NCBI GenBank assembly: GCA_030613005.1
Contig: JAUWMV010000006.1
Coordinates: forward strand, 22,298 to 86,297
Reading direction: 5' to 3'
DNA length: 64,000 bases
From: a bacterium
GTDB lineage: Bacteria; UBP14; UBA6098; B30-G16
Made by a program: the position numbers and the translations under genes
Shown here: in pieces, positions 39,273 through 48,890 of the stretch
Layout: each line of letters starts with the position of its first letter
How positions within the stretch are numbered: the stretch's first letter is position 1
The notes under the pieces: generated by a model
What the model saw: only the letters and a program-made list of their open reading frames with translations
Databases searched by the model: none
What the model was told of the DNA's origin: nothing

Positions 39273-40280
39273 TTAATCAAACCTCATTTGAAATTCCGCT
39301 GTGAAAACGTCTGGGTATTTAATTACTTCACCGATTATTATTTCACGGTTTTGCCTAGTATTTATTATTTCATAGTTTAGCCTAAAATGACTTAACCATT
39401 TGTTCTTGTCGAAACCGAATGTTAATCCAAATGTGTATCTATCAAGGTCTTCTGCGTCATCAGTTTCATTAAAGAAATCATATCGGAAAGCAGGGATTAT
39501 ATAATGAAGAAGCTTACTTTCAATTGGTATATCATAAGAAGCGTATGTATAGAATGCATAACAATCATCATAAGAATCTAAATAGGATCCCTCTGCTGTG
39601 ATATAGATATTCCTCCATGTATATGATAGACTGGGGGAGTAAAACTTCATATCTTCGGCATGTTCGTTTGGTTCATTATCTTTACCAATAGCTATAGCAA
39701 ATGCAAACTTGAATCCCTTGTTGGTAAATAATTCTTCACGTAGAATCAAATTTTTATATTTATTGTTATCAGGACAATTCATTCCAGCGCCATTAATAGC
39801 ACCGGCATAAATTTTGGAATACTCGGATGTATAACTTACATACGCACCAATATCCCGATATGGTGGGGAATTAAATGCCACATAACTTCTATTAATGAAA
39901 TCGATTTTCGAGGAAGATTGTAAATTTTCAGTTGCATATGGAGTAACAAATTGTCCTATAACAAATTTAAGATTTTTAACGGGAGTAAACCATATCTGTG
40001 CGTCGAGAAGTCCTGCAATGTATGGTGCTCCGTAACAATTGTAATTGAAGAAGGTGAAAAAGAATAGGGAGGAGTATTCATTGATATCGGCTTTGCAGCC
40101 TAATGTGGCTAATATAAGCTTGAATTGATTCTGATTATCCTGATCTTCTTCCTTAGCAATTTTATACTCGAATCCGCTTCTAACGTAACCAAACCAGTTC
40201 AATTCCGATCTCTTTTGAGCAAAAACGCAAGTTGCAAAAAGCAAAAGCAACATCACTACGATAAGAGGCTTGGGTCTCAT
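39273..40280 (-). CDS. putative outer-membrane porin (beta-barrel)
   Basis: Signal peptide MRPKPLIVVMLLLLFATCVFA/Q. The rest is rich in alternating aromatic residues and Gly, and ends in AEFQMRFD. It lies downstream of the symporter on the same strand. Confidence 0.5.
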   Translation of the reverse strand: MRPKPLIVVMLLLLFATCVFAQKRSELNWFGYVRSGFEYKIAKEEDQDNQNQFKLILATLGCKADINEYSSLFFFTFFNYNCYGAPYIAGLLDAQIWFTPVKNLKFVIGQFVTPYATENLQSSSKIDFINRSYVAFNSPPYRDIGAYVSYTSEYSKIYAGAINGAGMNCPDNNKYKNLILREELFTNKGFKFAFAIAIGKDNEPNEHAEDMKFYSPSLSYTWRNIYITAEGSYLDSYDDCYAFYTYASYDIPIESKLLHYIIPAFRYDFFNETDDAEDLDRYTFGLTFGFDKNKWLSHFRLNYEIINTRQNREIIIGEVIKYPDVFTAEFQMRFD

Positions 40281-40446
40281 TGTTTCTCCTCCTTTTTATT
40301 TTATCAAATATTAAACGATTAAAAAATTCTTTCAAAATCGATACCAGATATTTCACAAATCACTGATATGCATAGATTAAAGATCACGAATTTATTACCA
40401 TCCAAAAGACTTGATTTTTAATGTATCGATTACTGTAAATTATCAA

Positions 40447-41925
40447 TTATATCTTCTGCGATTCAATTTTTTGCTCAATTTTTGGGTTCTTTGTAAATAA
40501 CATGAAAATCGGTGCAAGAACCAATGAAACAATCATTCCCGTTGTACCTGCCTGTGGAGCGGCTTTTGGACCCCAGATGAAATATAAAATTAGACATGTA
40601 GCAAGCCCTGTCACACCTGAAACAATGGCACCTAATTTCGTAGCCTTTTTTGTGAGTATCCCCCATATGAATGGACCCAGGAAAACTGAAGCAATAGCAC
40701 CCCATGACACCGATAAGATTGTTACAATCACAGCTGGTCGCATCAATGCCAGAATTACAGATAGAATAATGAAAAATCCACTAAAAACTCTCATAATAAA
40801 TGTTAGTTCACGATCTGTTGCTTTTTTATTTAAGAATCCATGGTAAAGGTCCTTTGCTATAGTAGAACTTGAAATTAACACTAATGCAGCAAGAGTTGAC
40901 ATAGATGCAGATAGAATAAGAAGAAGAATTATAATTGTTAATGCTGATGGAATTGTGTATGTAAGTAATTCTGGCATCAAAGCGTCAAAACGGGGAACAA
41001 ATTTGCCGGCAACTTCGATAAACGCATTAGGGTTATCTATGGGATTAAGGAAAATTCTGGTCAATGCGCCAGTAAAATAAGCTGTTCCTGTTACTAATAC
41101 TGCAAATATCGTAGATGCAATCATGCCAATTTTAACTGACTTTTTGTCTCTAATAGCGTAGAATTTCTGTAAAAGCTGCGGCATGCCAAACGGTGCTACA
41201 CTAGTCAGAAATACCAGAGAAAATAAAGGCCATAACCCGGGAGGTCCCACTGCGGATACAAGTTTTGGGTCGATAGCTCTGAGCTGCGCGAAAATATTCG
41301 GGATTCCACCGCCCTTTGTTATCGTGCTCGTTAGAAGTGTACAAACTCCAAAGATCATAATAATTCCAAAGATGAAGTCTATCATTGTCATCGATTTATA
41401 TCCACCCAATATCAAATAGACACTTGTGAAAACGCCCATGAAGATCAAAACCCATATATATGGAATGCCAAAGCTTATCTCGAAAAGGTAGCTCAGTCCC
41501 ATAAAAACAGCAGCTGTATACGGTATGAAAAAAATGAAAATAGCTATTGTAGTAAAATATTTTAGAAACGGGCTATTGTATCTGGCATCGAGATATTCTG
41601 GCATTGTGTGAACATTCAATTTGTGAGAGACTTCTTTTATTCTGCCTCCAAGAAGCCACCAGACGAGTAACACTCCAATCAGGGAATTTCCAATTGCTAT
41701 CCACAAACCTGACATACCAAAGCCCCAGCCGATTTTCCCAGCAAAGCCTATGAAAAGCACTGCGGAAAAATAAGCTGTGCCATATGTAAAAGCGGTTAAC
41801 CAGGGACCCACATTTCTGCCACCGAGAAAGAAATCTGAAAATGATTTTATCTTTTTCATTCCGAGGATGGCAATTATGACAATCATTGCAATGTAAGCCA
41901 AAACAGCGATTAGTCTAACTATCAT
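40447..41925 (-). CDS. sodium:solute symporter family (SSS) transporter
   Basis: 492 aa, about 13 TM segments, N-terminal FFLGGRNVGPW motif typical of the SSS family. Confidence 0.85.
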   Translation of the reverse strand: MIVRLIAVLAYIAMIVIIAILGMKKIKSFSDFFLGGRNVGPWLTAFTYGTAYFSAVLFIGFAGKIGWGFGMSGLWIAIGNSLIGVLLVWWLLGGRIKEVSHKLNVHTMPEYLDARYNSPFLKYFTTIAIFIFFIPYTAAVFMGLSYLFEISFGIPYIWVLIFMGVFTSVYLILGGYKSMTMIDFIFGIIMIFGVCTLLTSTITKGGGIPNIFAQLRAIDPKLVSAVGPPGLWPLFSLVFLTSVAPFGMPQLLQKFYAIRDKKSVKIGMIASTIFAVLVTGTAYFTGALTRIFLNPIDNPNAFIEVAGKFVPRFDALMPELLTYTIPSALTIIILLLILSASMSTLAALVLISSSTIAKDLYHGFLNKKATDRELTFIMRVFSGFFIILSVILALMRPAVIVTILSVSWGAIASVFLGPFIWGILTKKATKLGAIVSGVTGLATCLILYFIWGPKAAPQAGTTGMIVSLVLAPIFMLFTKNPKIEQKIESQKI

Positions 41926-42343
41926 TGTCCCTCACTTTGTTTATTATATTCTTGTTTACTTGCTCTATTCATTTTGAATTGAAGTAATCGACTGCAGAAA
42001 TTTGTCTGGTCAGTTTTCATAGAGGACATAAACTCCTTGAGGTATCAAATCAATTTGAATATATCCAATTAAATCGAACAATTCATTTTGTCGAGGACAA
42101 ATTTAAGTATTGAATATTAATGGATAGTCGACTTATAAGTTAAATTATGTCTTAATTAAATCTGAGTTGGCAATATATCGAAATAGATTACACTTTGTGA
42201 AAAATTGAACCACTGGGTAAATTATCTCTTTTCAAGGTTAAAATGAAGATCGACATCACATCGATGATTCTTTAAAAGTAAAATAATATAATAACCAACA
42301 TAACTATTGCCTTTAGTGAAAGATTCATGTGAGCATTACAAAC

Positions 42344-43696
42344 TTATAGGATAAACTTCATCAAGTCCTCATCCTCAACGATCGACGATAGTTTTTTGAC
42401 AACTGTGGATTTTGTAATCTTGATATTTTTCGGCGAAATATCGGGCGCTTCGAATAAAATGTCCTCTAAAAGCAGGCTTAACGCCGTGTGAAGCCTTCGG
42501 GCACCTATGTTCTCGGTTTTCTGATTGATCTCATAAGCTATTTCTGATATCTCCCTTATTGCAGCATCAGTGAATTCAAGTTTTATACCCTCAGCAGCTA
42601 ATAAAGCCGTGTACTGTTTTATTAAAGAGTTTTCTGGTTCGACAAGTATTCTTTTAAAATCCTCTGCGGAAAGAGATGACAGTTCAGCTCTAATTGGAAA
42701 TCTTCCCTGAAACTCAGGTATAAGGTCTGATGGACTTGAATTTGAAAAGGCACCAGCAGCAATAAACAAAATATGATCGGTGCGAATAATACCATACTTA
42801 GTTGTAACGCTTGTTCCCTCAACAAGCGGTAAAAGGTCTCTTTGTACACCCTCACGTGAGACGTCTGGTCCAGAACTACTGTTAGAACCAACAATTTTAT
42901 CGATTTCGTCGATGAATACAATCCCCGATTCCTGAGTACGTGTTTTTGCAATTTCTATTATTCTATCTTTATTGAGAAGTCGATCGATCTCTTCCTGAAA
43001 GAGAATTTTTTTTGCCTGTTTAACAGTCAATTTTTGTTGCTTTTTCTTCTTCCCAAAAATTTCGCTGAGCATCTCCTGGAAATTTACACCATACTCCTCG
43101 AATCCGCTCTGCGACACAATTTCGAGAGTTTGCATAGATTTTGCTAAAACAGATATCTCGATTTCTTTTTCATCGAGATTTCCCGAATCGAGTTGGGAGC
43201 CTATTTTTTCTCTAGTTCTGATATAACTTTCGGATTCCGGATGATTGTCGCTTTTGGGTATGAGAGCATCTAATATTCTTTGTCGAACATTTCTTGCTGC
43301 GATTTTATCAATTTTAGTAGACATCTCATCTCTAATTATATCCACAGCAACCTGAACCAAATCCCTTATCATGCTCTCCACATCTCGACCAACATAGCCT
43401 ACCTCGGTGAATTTGGAAGCTTCGACTTTGACTAACGGTGCAGAGACTAACTTTGCCAAGCGACGGGAAATCTCGGTCTTCCCGACGCCTGTGGGACCAA
43501 CCATAAGAATGTTATTGGGAATAATTTCGTCACCCAATGGTGCTTCTATTTTCGATCTTCGCCATCTATTTCGTACTGCTATGGCTACTGCACGTTTTGC
43601 CTTATTTTGACCTACGATATATCTATTTAGTTCGATTACAATTTGCTTAGGTTTCAGATGTTCGTAAAAGGATTCTAATTTATCGTTAATTTTCAT
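42344..43696 (-). CDS. hslU: ATP-dependent protease ATPase subunit HslU
   Basis: LKPKQIVIELNRYIVGQNKAKRAVAIAVRNRWRR, Walker A GPTGVGKTEISRRLAK, IVFIDEIDKI, and an I-domain insertion. Confidence 0.9.
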   Translation of the reverse strand: MKINDKLESFYEHLKPKQIVIELNRYIVGQNKAKRAVAIAVRNRWRRSKIEAPLGDEIIPNNILMVGPTGVGKTEISRRLAKLVSAPLVKVEASKFTEVGYVGRDVESMIRDLVQVAVDIIRDEMSTKIDKIAARNVRQRILDALIPKSDNHPESESYIRTREKIGSQLDSGNLDEKEIEISVLAKSMQTLEIVSQSGFEEYGVNFQEMLSEIFGKKKKQQKLTVKQAKKILFQEEIDRLLNKDRIIEIAKTRTQESGIVFIDEIDKIVGSNSSSGPDVSREGVQRDLLPLVEGTSVTTKYGIIRTDHILFIAAGAFSNSSPSDLIPEFQGRFPIRAELSSLSAEDFKRILVEPENSLIKQYTALLAAEGIKLEFTDAAIREISEIAYEINQKTENIGARRLHTALSLLLEDILFEAPDISPKNIKITKSTVVKKLSSIVEDEDLMKFIL

Positions 43697-43795
43697 ATTC
43701 CCTCCTAACTAAAAAATATACTTTTAATTTAAAAGTGTTATAATAAATTTATTACGGTTCGATATTAATTTTTCTTCAACAAAAAGGGGGTACAA

Positions 43796-44179
43796 GTGGA
43801 GATTCAGGAACAGTTGTGGAATAATTACTGTCTCGAGATTAATAAGGGCAAAAGTTGGTTGAAGTTTCTGGGTATCATTGCCATTATTTCGGGAGCAATA
43901 AATGTCTTGACAGTTGTGGGAATTATTTATGCATGGATACCGATATGGATAGGAGCTATAATGCTTCAAGCCAGCAATAGAGGACAGGAGTTTATTAATT
44001 CCAAAGACCCGGAAAAGTTAAATCAATACTTGGAAAGAGTTTCTTTCTTCTATAAGCTTTCTGGCATAATGGTTATTGTAAGTATTGTGTTGAATATTAT
44101 TTTCGCGATTATCTTGGCTATTGTATGGTTTTCGTTCATGAAAACGGGAATGATACAAGACTGGGGAAGTTTTTATTGA
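43796..44179 (+). CDS. small membrane protein, DUF5362-like
   Basis: GTG start with SD AAAGGGGG. WLKFLGIIAIISGAINVLTVVGIIYAWIPIWIGAIMLQA matches the DUF5362 pattern as I remember it. Confidence 0.5.
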   Translation: MEIQEQLWNNYCLEINKGKSWLKFLGIIAIISGAINVLTVVGIIYAWIPIWIGAIMLQASNRGQEFINSKDPEKLNQYLERVSFFYKLSGIMVIVSIVLNIIFAIILAIVWFSFMKTGMIQDWGSFY

Positions 44180-44473
44180 AGATGAAATTACCTATCGATA
44201 ATTGTCAAGATTTAAATAAATCTGTTGGAAAACTAATTCGGTTTAATTGAGTTAACCAGGAGATTTACGGCTGTTCCTATGAAGTAATCTTAGGCTATTT
44301 GTTCAAATCAACTTCTAGAGAAATCTGATAGCTTCAATACTGCTAATCTTTGAATCGAAAGTGCCACAGGAACTGTTTTAGATTGTTATGTATGGTATAT
44401 TTTCGGTATTTCATAGGAACTATTATTGTGTTATTAGCTTGACAGCAGTTATTTCCCATGAAAGAATTCTGAT

Positions 44474-45226
44474 TTATTTGTTATCGATATTCAACACATT
44501 CGTAAATTTTTTCAGAATCCTAAAAAATAAATAGATTACTAAACCGAATATAAAAATAAAGACCCATATCGGGTCGATACCCAATTTCCGTTCGATTATC
44601 AATTTGCCAAGAATTTCCAAGATAACAAATGACACAATGATAGCGAAAAAACCAGAATACTCTCTTTTTAAAACTCTCTTAACTGAAAAAGGACAGATTG
44701 CAGGTTTCCATTTGCGAAAATTCGGAATGAACGCTGGAGTTTTTTCTGCCCATTTATCGAAATCTTCCCCGAATTTTACACGTAAAAATTGCTCTTCTGC
44801 AAACATAATCCGCTCGTAATATAACCAGAAAATCAAAACGAATAAAAGAGTAACCCACCATTCCCGAACATATAACGAGATTCCAAGCCATATGAAAAAA
44901 TTCCCTAAATACAATGGATGTCTTACGATAGAATAAATTCCAGTAGAATTAAGTCTTTCGGCCACTTGCTCTTGAGTGTTTCGACCGGATGTCCCTCTAT
45001 ATATATGACCTATTGTGTATATTCTGATTGCAAATCCGAAAAATGAAACAAGAAGGCAAAAAAGCACCCAGAAATGATTTTGCCCATAACTGCCATACAA
45101 ATAACTGTTTACTATTAACCCAGGAATAATTATCAAAATCATAAGCAGTGGTAAAAAACTTCTCCATCGAAAAAGCCGATTACCCGATCTTTCAAATTCT
45201 TCTCTCAACGCCATATTAAATTCCAA
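44474..45226 (-). CDS. membrane methyltransferase, isoprenylcysteine carboxyl / phospholipid methyltransferase (ICMT/PEMT) family
   Basis: Multi-TM protein with the signature GIYSIVRHPLYLGNFFIWLG. Confidence 0.7.
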   Translation of the reverse strand: MEFNMALREEFERSGNRLFRWRSFLPLLMILIIIPGLIVNSYLYGSYGQNHFWVLFCLLVSFFGFAIRIYTIGHIYRGTSGRNTQEQVAERLNSTGIYSIVRHPLYLGNFFIWLGISLYVREWWVTLLFVLIFWLYYERIMFAEEQFLRVKFGEDFDKWAEKTPAFIPNFRKWKPAICPFSVKRVLKREYSGFFAIIVSFVILEILGKLIIERKLGIDPIWVFIFIFGLVIYLFFRILKKFTNVLNIDNK

Positions 45227-45333
45227 TATATAATAGAGTATAACATATTATTGCGCTTCTTTTCAGGTATTATAAAGCAGTAATTCTTAAGTTATATTAT
45301 TAAAACAAAGCACTATATGTCTTATAAATAATA

Positions 45334-46101
45334 TTATTTTTTCTTTCTACAAACCATAATTTGTTTAGGAGAATCAGATTGGAAAGGTGATTCGACAAAA
45401 TCACCGAATTTATTGATAATATCGAAGGAGTTATACTTCATTAGAGCGTCAAATTCCTGAGGAAAAAATACTCTCATACAAAACTCATGAACAAATTCCC
45501 CTTCGGTATGAACTTTGTAAAACCATTTGATATGACTCAATTGAGTAGCCTTATCATATTTTAGAGTCTCCGTTATTACTACTTCCTCCGAGCTGTATGG
45601 ATCGGGATATCTTGTTGCCTCTCTTACTTCGTTTGGGTTGCGATTGAGAATGTCTAAGCACGGGTTGAAATGATCGACGATAAAAATTCCATCATCTGTT
45701 ATGTGATGTTTTACACATGAAAAACAAGCTTCTATATCCGATGTTTTTGTTAAATGCGCAATTGAGTTGAATGGATAGTATATCAAACTGAATTTCTTAC
45801 CGAGATTGAAATTTCTGCAATCAGCATGAATGAATTCAATATTTAACCCCAACTTTTTCGTTTTCATTCGGGCTTGTTTAAGCATTTCTTCGGAAATATC
45901 CAATCCGGTTACATCCAGTCCTTTTTGGGCGATTGGAATTGTAAGTCGTCCTGTCCCGCATGCAAGTTCAAGTATGGGTCCATTTGAATTTAGTGCATAT
46001 TTTGTGTAGAACTGCAAGTCACAGTCATAATTTATGTGATGAGCATCATAGTGAGCACCATCGCCATATAAAGGATCTTCTTGAAATTTAGTCATTTTCA
46101 T
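45334..46101 (-). CDS. class I SAM-dependent methyltransferase
   Basis: Motif I ILELACGTGRLTIPIA, followed by VTGLDISEEML and ADCRNF. Confidence 0.8.
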   Translation of the reverse strand: MKMTKFQEDPLYGDGAHYDAHHINYDCDLQFYTKYALNSNGPILELACGTGRLTIPIAQKGLDVTGLDISEEMLKQARMKTKKLGLNIEFIHADCRNFNLGKKFSLIYYPFNSIAHLTKTSDIEACFSCVKHHITDDGIFIVDHFNPCLDILNRNPNEVREATRYPDPYSSEEVVITETLKYDKATQLSHIKWFYKVHTEGEFVHEFCMRVFFPQEFDALMKYNSFDIINKFGDFVESPFQSDSPKQIMVCRKKK

Positions 46102-46448
46102 ACCTCGAGTTGTTAATTTAAGAATATACTTGTATTCTACAATTGATATAATATATTAACAGAAACAAATACTACTATACAATAAACTCTAACAATATTC
46201 TTAATATTTATATGCAAGAGAAAAGAAACCAAGGAGAAACACAGCAATAACAAAATAAATAGCATATAAAAAAGATAATTTGATCTCTACATTTTTCAAG
46301 AGCAAGTAAGAAGTAGTGTATTTTGTCTATGTTATTTGCGGTAGTTCTTCAGATGAAAAGCTATGAGATAGCATACAATTATTCAGATTATCTACTTTTT
46401 TTCTTAGAATTTTTTTTAGTGACATTATATTATTCAAAATTTGCAAAC

Positions 46449-46835
46449 ATGAAACTTAACAGAAAGAATGATATGCATAAAATCATGGATGGAACCGAGG
46501 GAGCAATTGTAGCAGTTAAGCTTAGCGGTAAGCTTTCCGATGAAAGTAATGATGAGTTGATGGATATTTTTGAAAAAGCAATCGTCAAAACTGGAAATCT
46601 CCGAGTGTTAATGTATCTTGAAAATTTCAAAGGTTGGAATCCCGGAGCTATGTTAGATGAGTTTAAATTTGCGATTAAGCATCGAGATAAATTTGAAAGG
46701 ATTGCTATCATTGGCGATTCGGAGTGGTTAAATTGGTTTACCAAAGCAGACTACATATTTTCCCCGATTAACGAGAAGTATTTCAACACCAATGACGCGA
46801 AAAAGGCTTGGAAATGGATTAAAGAAGGTCTCTGA
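46449..46835 (+). CDS. STAS / SpoIIAA-like domain protein
   Basis: VAVKLSGKLSDES..LRVLMYLENFKGWNPGAMLDEFKFAIKHRDKFERIAIIGDSEW is the SpoIIAA-like (STAS/SEC14) pattern. The ORF is open from 46323, but that N-terminus looks non-genic. Confidence 0.6.
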   Translation: MKLNRKNDMHKIMDGTEGAIVAVKLSGKLSDESNDELMDIFEKAIVKTGNLRVLMYLENFKGWNPGAMLDEFKFAIKHRDKFERIAIIGDSEWLNWFTKADYIFSPINEKYFNTNDAKKAWKWIKEGL

Positions 46836-46925
46836 CTATGATTAAAAAAGAAATTTTAATCGAAGAGTAAACTTTTCAGGTTAGATAATATCGCAGCACA
46901 TATTAGGTGAGATAATCATATAAAA

Positions 46926-47429
46926 TCAACACGGACTATCCTTCACACCTTTCAACATAGCTTTCAATTGCTGAATTTTACCAATATGTAGGGCTGTATG
47001 GGCTACTGTAATAAACAACCATTGGCTGATTGTTTCGCCATAGGGGGAATTCACAGGAACGAAATTCAACTGTTTCTCGTGAAGAGTATCTATAAAATTA
47101 TGGCTTTCTTTGCGGACTTCTCTAGCCCAACTTAGAACATCTGCAATAGAGTTAATCGATCTTTTGAGTTGCTTAACAGAAACCCATTCTGTCCCGAAAA
47201 TTTCATATTTCTGCGGAATGATTTCAGCTCCAAGACCTTGAATAAATATTCCGATATGCGTTCTTTCCCTGTGAGCTATGTGCCCAACATGCCATAAGAT
47301 GCATAGAGAATTGCTATCTGGAACCCAAAACAAATCCTTATCATCTATATCCTCTATTAATGTCAGTGGTTCGCTATACCAAAATCCCCAACCATAAAAA
47401 AAATGTAGGATGTCTTTCCAGTTCTTCAT
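46926..47429 (-). CDS. DinB-family (four-helix bundle, metal-binding) protein
   Basis: His triad context (WHVGHIAHRE, HTALHIGKI) at DinB_2-like spacing. Confidence 0.7.
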   Translation of the reverse strand: MKNWKDILHFFYGWGFWYSEPLTLIEDIDDKDLFWVPDSNSLCILWHVGHIAHRERTHIGIFIQGLGAEIIPQKYEIFGTEWVSVKQLKRSINSIADVLSWAREVRKESHNFIDTLHEKQLNFVPVNSPYGETISQWLFITVAHTALHIGKIQQLKAMLKGVKDSPC

Positions 47430-47739
47430 TTTATCTCCTATTATAAATTTCTACTTAATTAGAAAAAAATAAAGGGAAATGCAAGTATCTATTCATAAAT
47501 TAAACTGTTTTAAGTTATATTCTCAGACTGTAAAAACAACTTATTCCAAATACATTATTTGAAACTATGTAATTCCTAATAATATTCTAAATTATGCTAA
47601 AAGAAAGTCAAGAGATCGATTGATAAATCAATATAATAGATGATATTAAAAGAGAATGTATATTTAGCATAAACAGCCTTGAGGTTTTATTGTATGAGGA
47701 TAAGATTTTCAACAATTGTTTTTTAAATCGGAGGTTTCG

Positions 47740-48768
47740 ATGAGAATATCTGAGGAAGTGTTACACGCATTAGCAGGTCTATCGGAAACAGACAGAAGCG
47801 TGCTATCTGTGTATTTGCGTACCTACGGCGATTGGGATTTGGTTGATAGATTTATTGAGTATGAAAGCAAGAAGCTTGTGCCGTTTTTAACAGGGAATGA
47901 AAAAGAATATTTAGACTTTTCACTTTCATTATTGAATGATTTTTTGATTCAAAAAAAATCTAAGGGCTATAATCGACCAGGCTTAGCTTTTTTCGCAGAT
48001 ATTGGTGCTGATTTTTGTGAAGGCTTGGAACTTTCTATCCCACCTGAACAACTGCTTGCCGTTAGTAACGAAGCTATAATTGCTCCATTAGCTTTTGAAC
48101 TCGATGAATACGAACCTGTAGGTGTAATTCTTGCCGATGCTTCTAAAGCTAGGATTCTAATTGTAGCTGGGCAGGTTATGGAGGATGTGAGTTCTTTAAA
48201 GGCGAAAATTCATCATTTATCGAAGGTGGGTGGATGGTCGCAGATGAGGTATCAACGGCGGAGAATGAAACAGGTTAAACATTTTGCAAAACAAGTAGCA
48301 AGTGATGCCGTAAAGGTGTTTGAAATAGATAAAGTTAATAGAATATTTATGGCTGGCAACGATAGAATCCTTACTGTCATCGCAAATGAATTGCCCAAAT
48401 CCATTAAGAATCGTGTAATTGGGAAGATTCCATGGGATCTCGATGCAGGTGATGATGAATTTATAAAGCGTGTTTCCCCGATTTATGAGAAGGTTGAACG
48501 TGAAAGCGAAAGGAAATTGCTTAGCATCTTTGTTGGTGAATTGAAAAGGCAGGGATTGGCAAATTTTGGGATTGAAAATGTACGAAAGGCGTTAATGTTT
48601 GGTCAAGTCGATACGTTAATTCTTGACAAGTCGCTCGATCCTGCAATTCAAGAAGAGCTCGTTAATCTTGCAAAGGATATTTCCTCATATGTTGAATTCA
48701 TTGAAACTGGTAGTGAAATAATGTCTAAAATAGATGGTGTTGGCGCGATGTTGAGATATAAAATCTGA
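47740..48768 (+). CDS. bacterial archaeo-eukaryotic release factor 1-like (baeRF1/Vms1-like) protein, GGQ loop = GGWSQ
   Basis: SD GGAGG lies 5 nt upstream of ATG 47740. HHLSKVGGWSQMRYQRRRMKQVKHFAKQVASDAVKVF aligns with eRF1 [36 protein letters not shown] (from memory). The C-terminal part is eRF1 domain 3-like (FGIENVRKALMFGQVDTLIL). Confidence 0.65.
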   Translation: MRISEEVLHALAGLSETDRSVLSVYLRTYGDWDLVDRFIEYESKKLVPFLTGNEKEYLDFSLSLLNDFLIQKKSKGYNRPGLAFFADIGADFCEGLELSIPPEQLLAVSNEAIIAPLAFELDEYEPVGVILADASKARILIVAGQVMEDVSSLKAKIHHLSKVGGWSQMRYQRRRMKQVKHFAKQVASDAVKVFEIDKVNRIFMAGNDRILTVIANELPKSIKNRVIGKIPWDLDAGDDEFIKRVSPIYEKVERESERKLLSIFVGELKRQGLANFGIENVRKALMFGQVDTLILDKSLDPAIQEELVNLAKDISSYVEFIETGSEIMSKIDGVGAMLRYKI

Positions 48769-48890
48769 ATTAATTAGTATATATTTTAGAAGTTTATGAA
48801 TTGGCAGTCAAAATTATTCTTCGGATACATTGCTGTCATCATAGGATCAATTTGCCATATCGTGACAGTATGAGAAGTTATTGTTTTAAA

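Noticed and set aside
41922-42020. A 32-35-codon ORF (MKTDQTNFCSRLLQFKMNRASKQEYNKQSEGQ) whose stop overlaps the symporter start (ATGA).
   Set aside because: Small accessory proteins of SSS transporters that I know of are hydrophobic single-TM peptides. This peptide is hydrophilic and its SD spacing is poor. I cannot support it as a gene without conservation data.
44273-44420. An 11-nt inverted repeat gttcctatgaa / ttcataggaac, with arms 125 nt apart in an intergenic region.
   Set aside because: A few such matches are expected by chance at this length and spacing. The long AT-rich loop would not fold stably.
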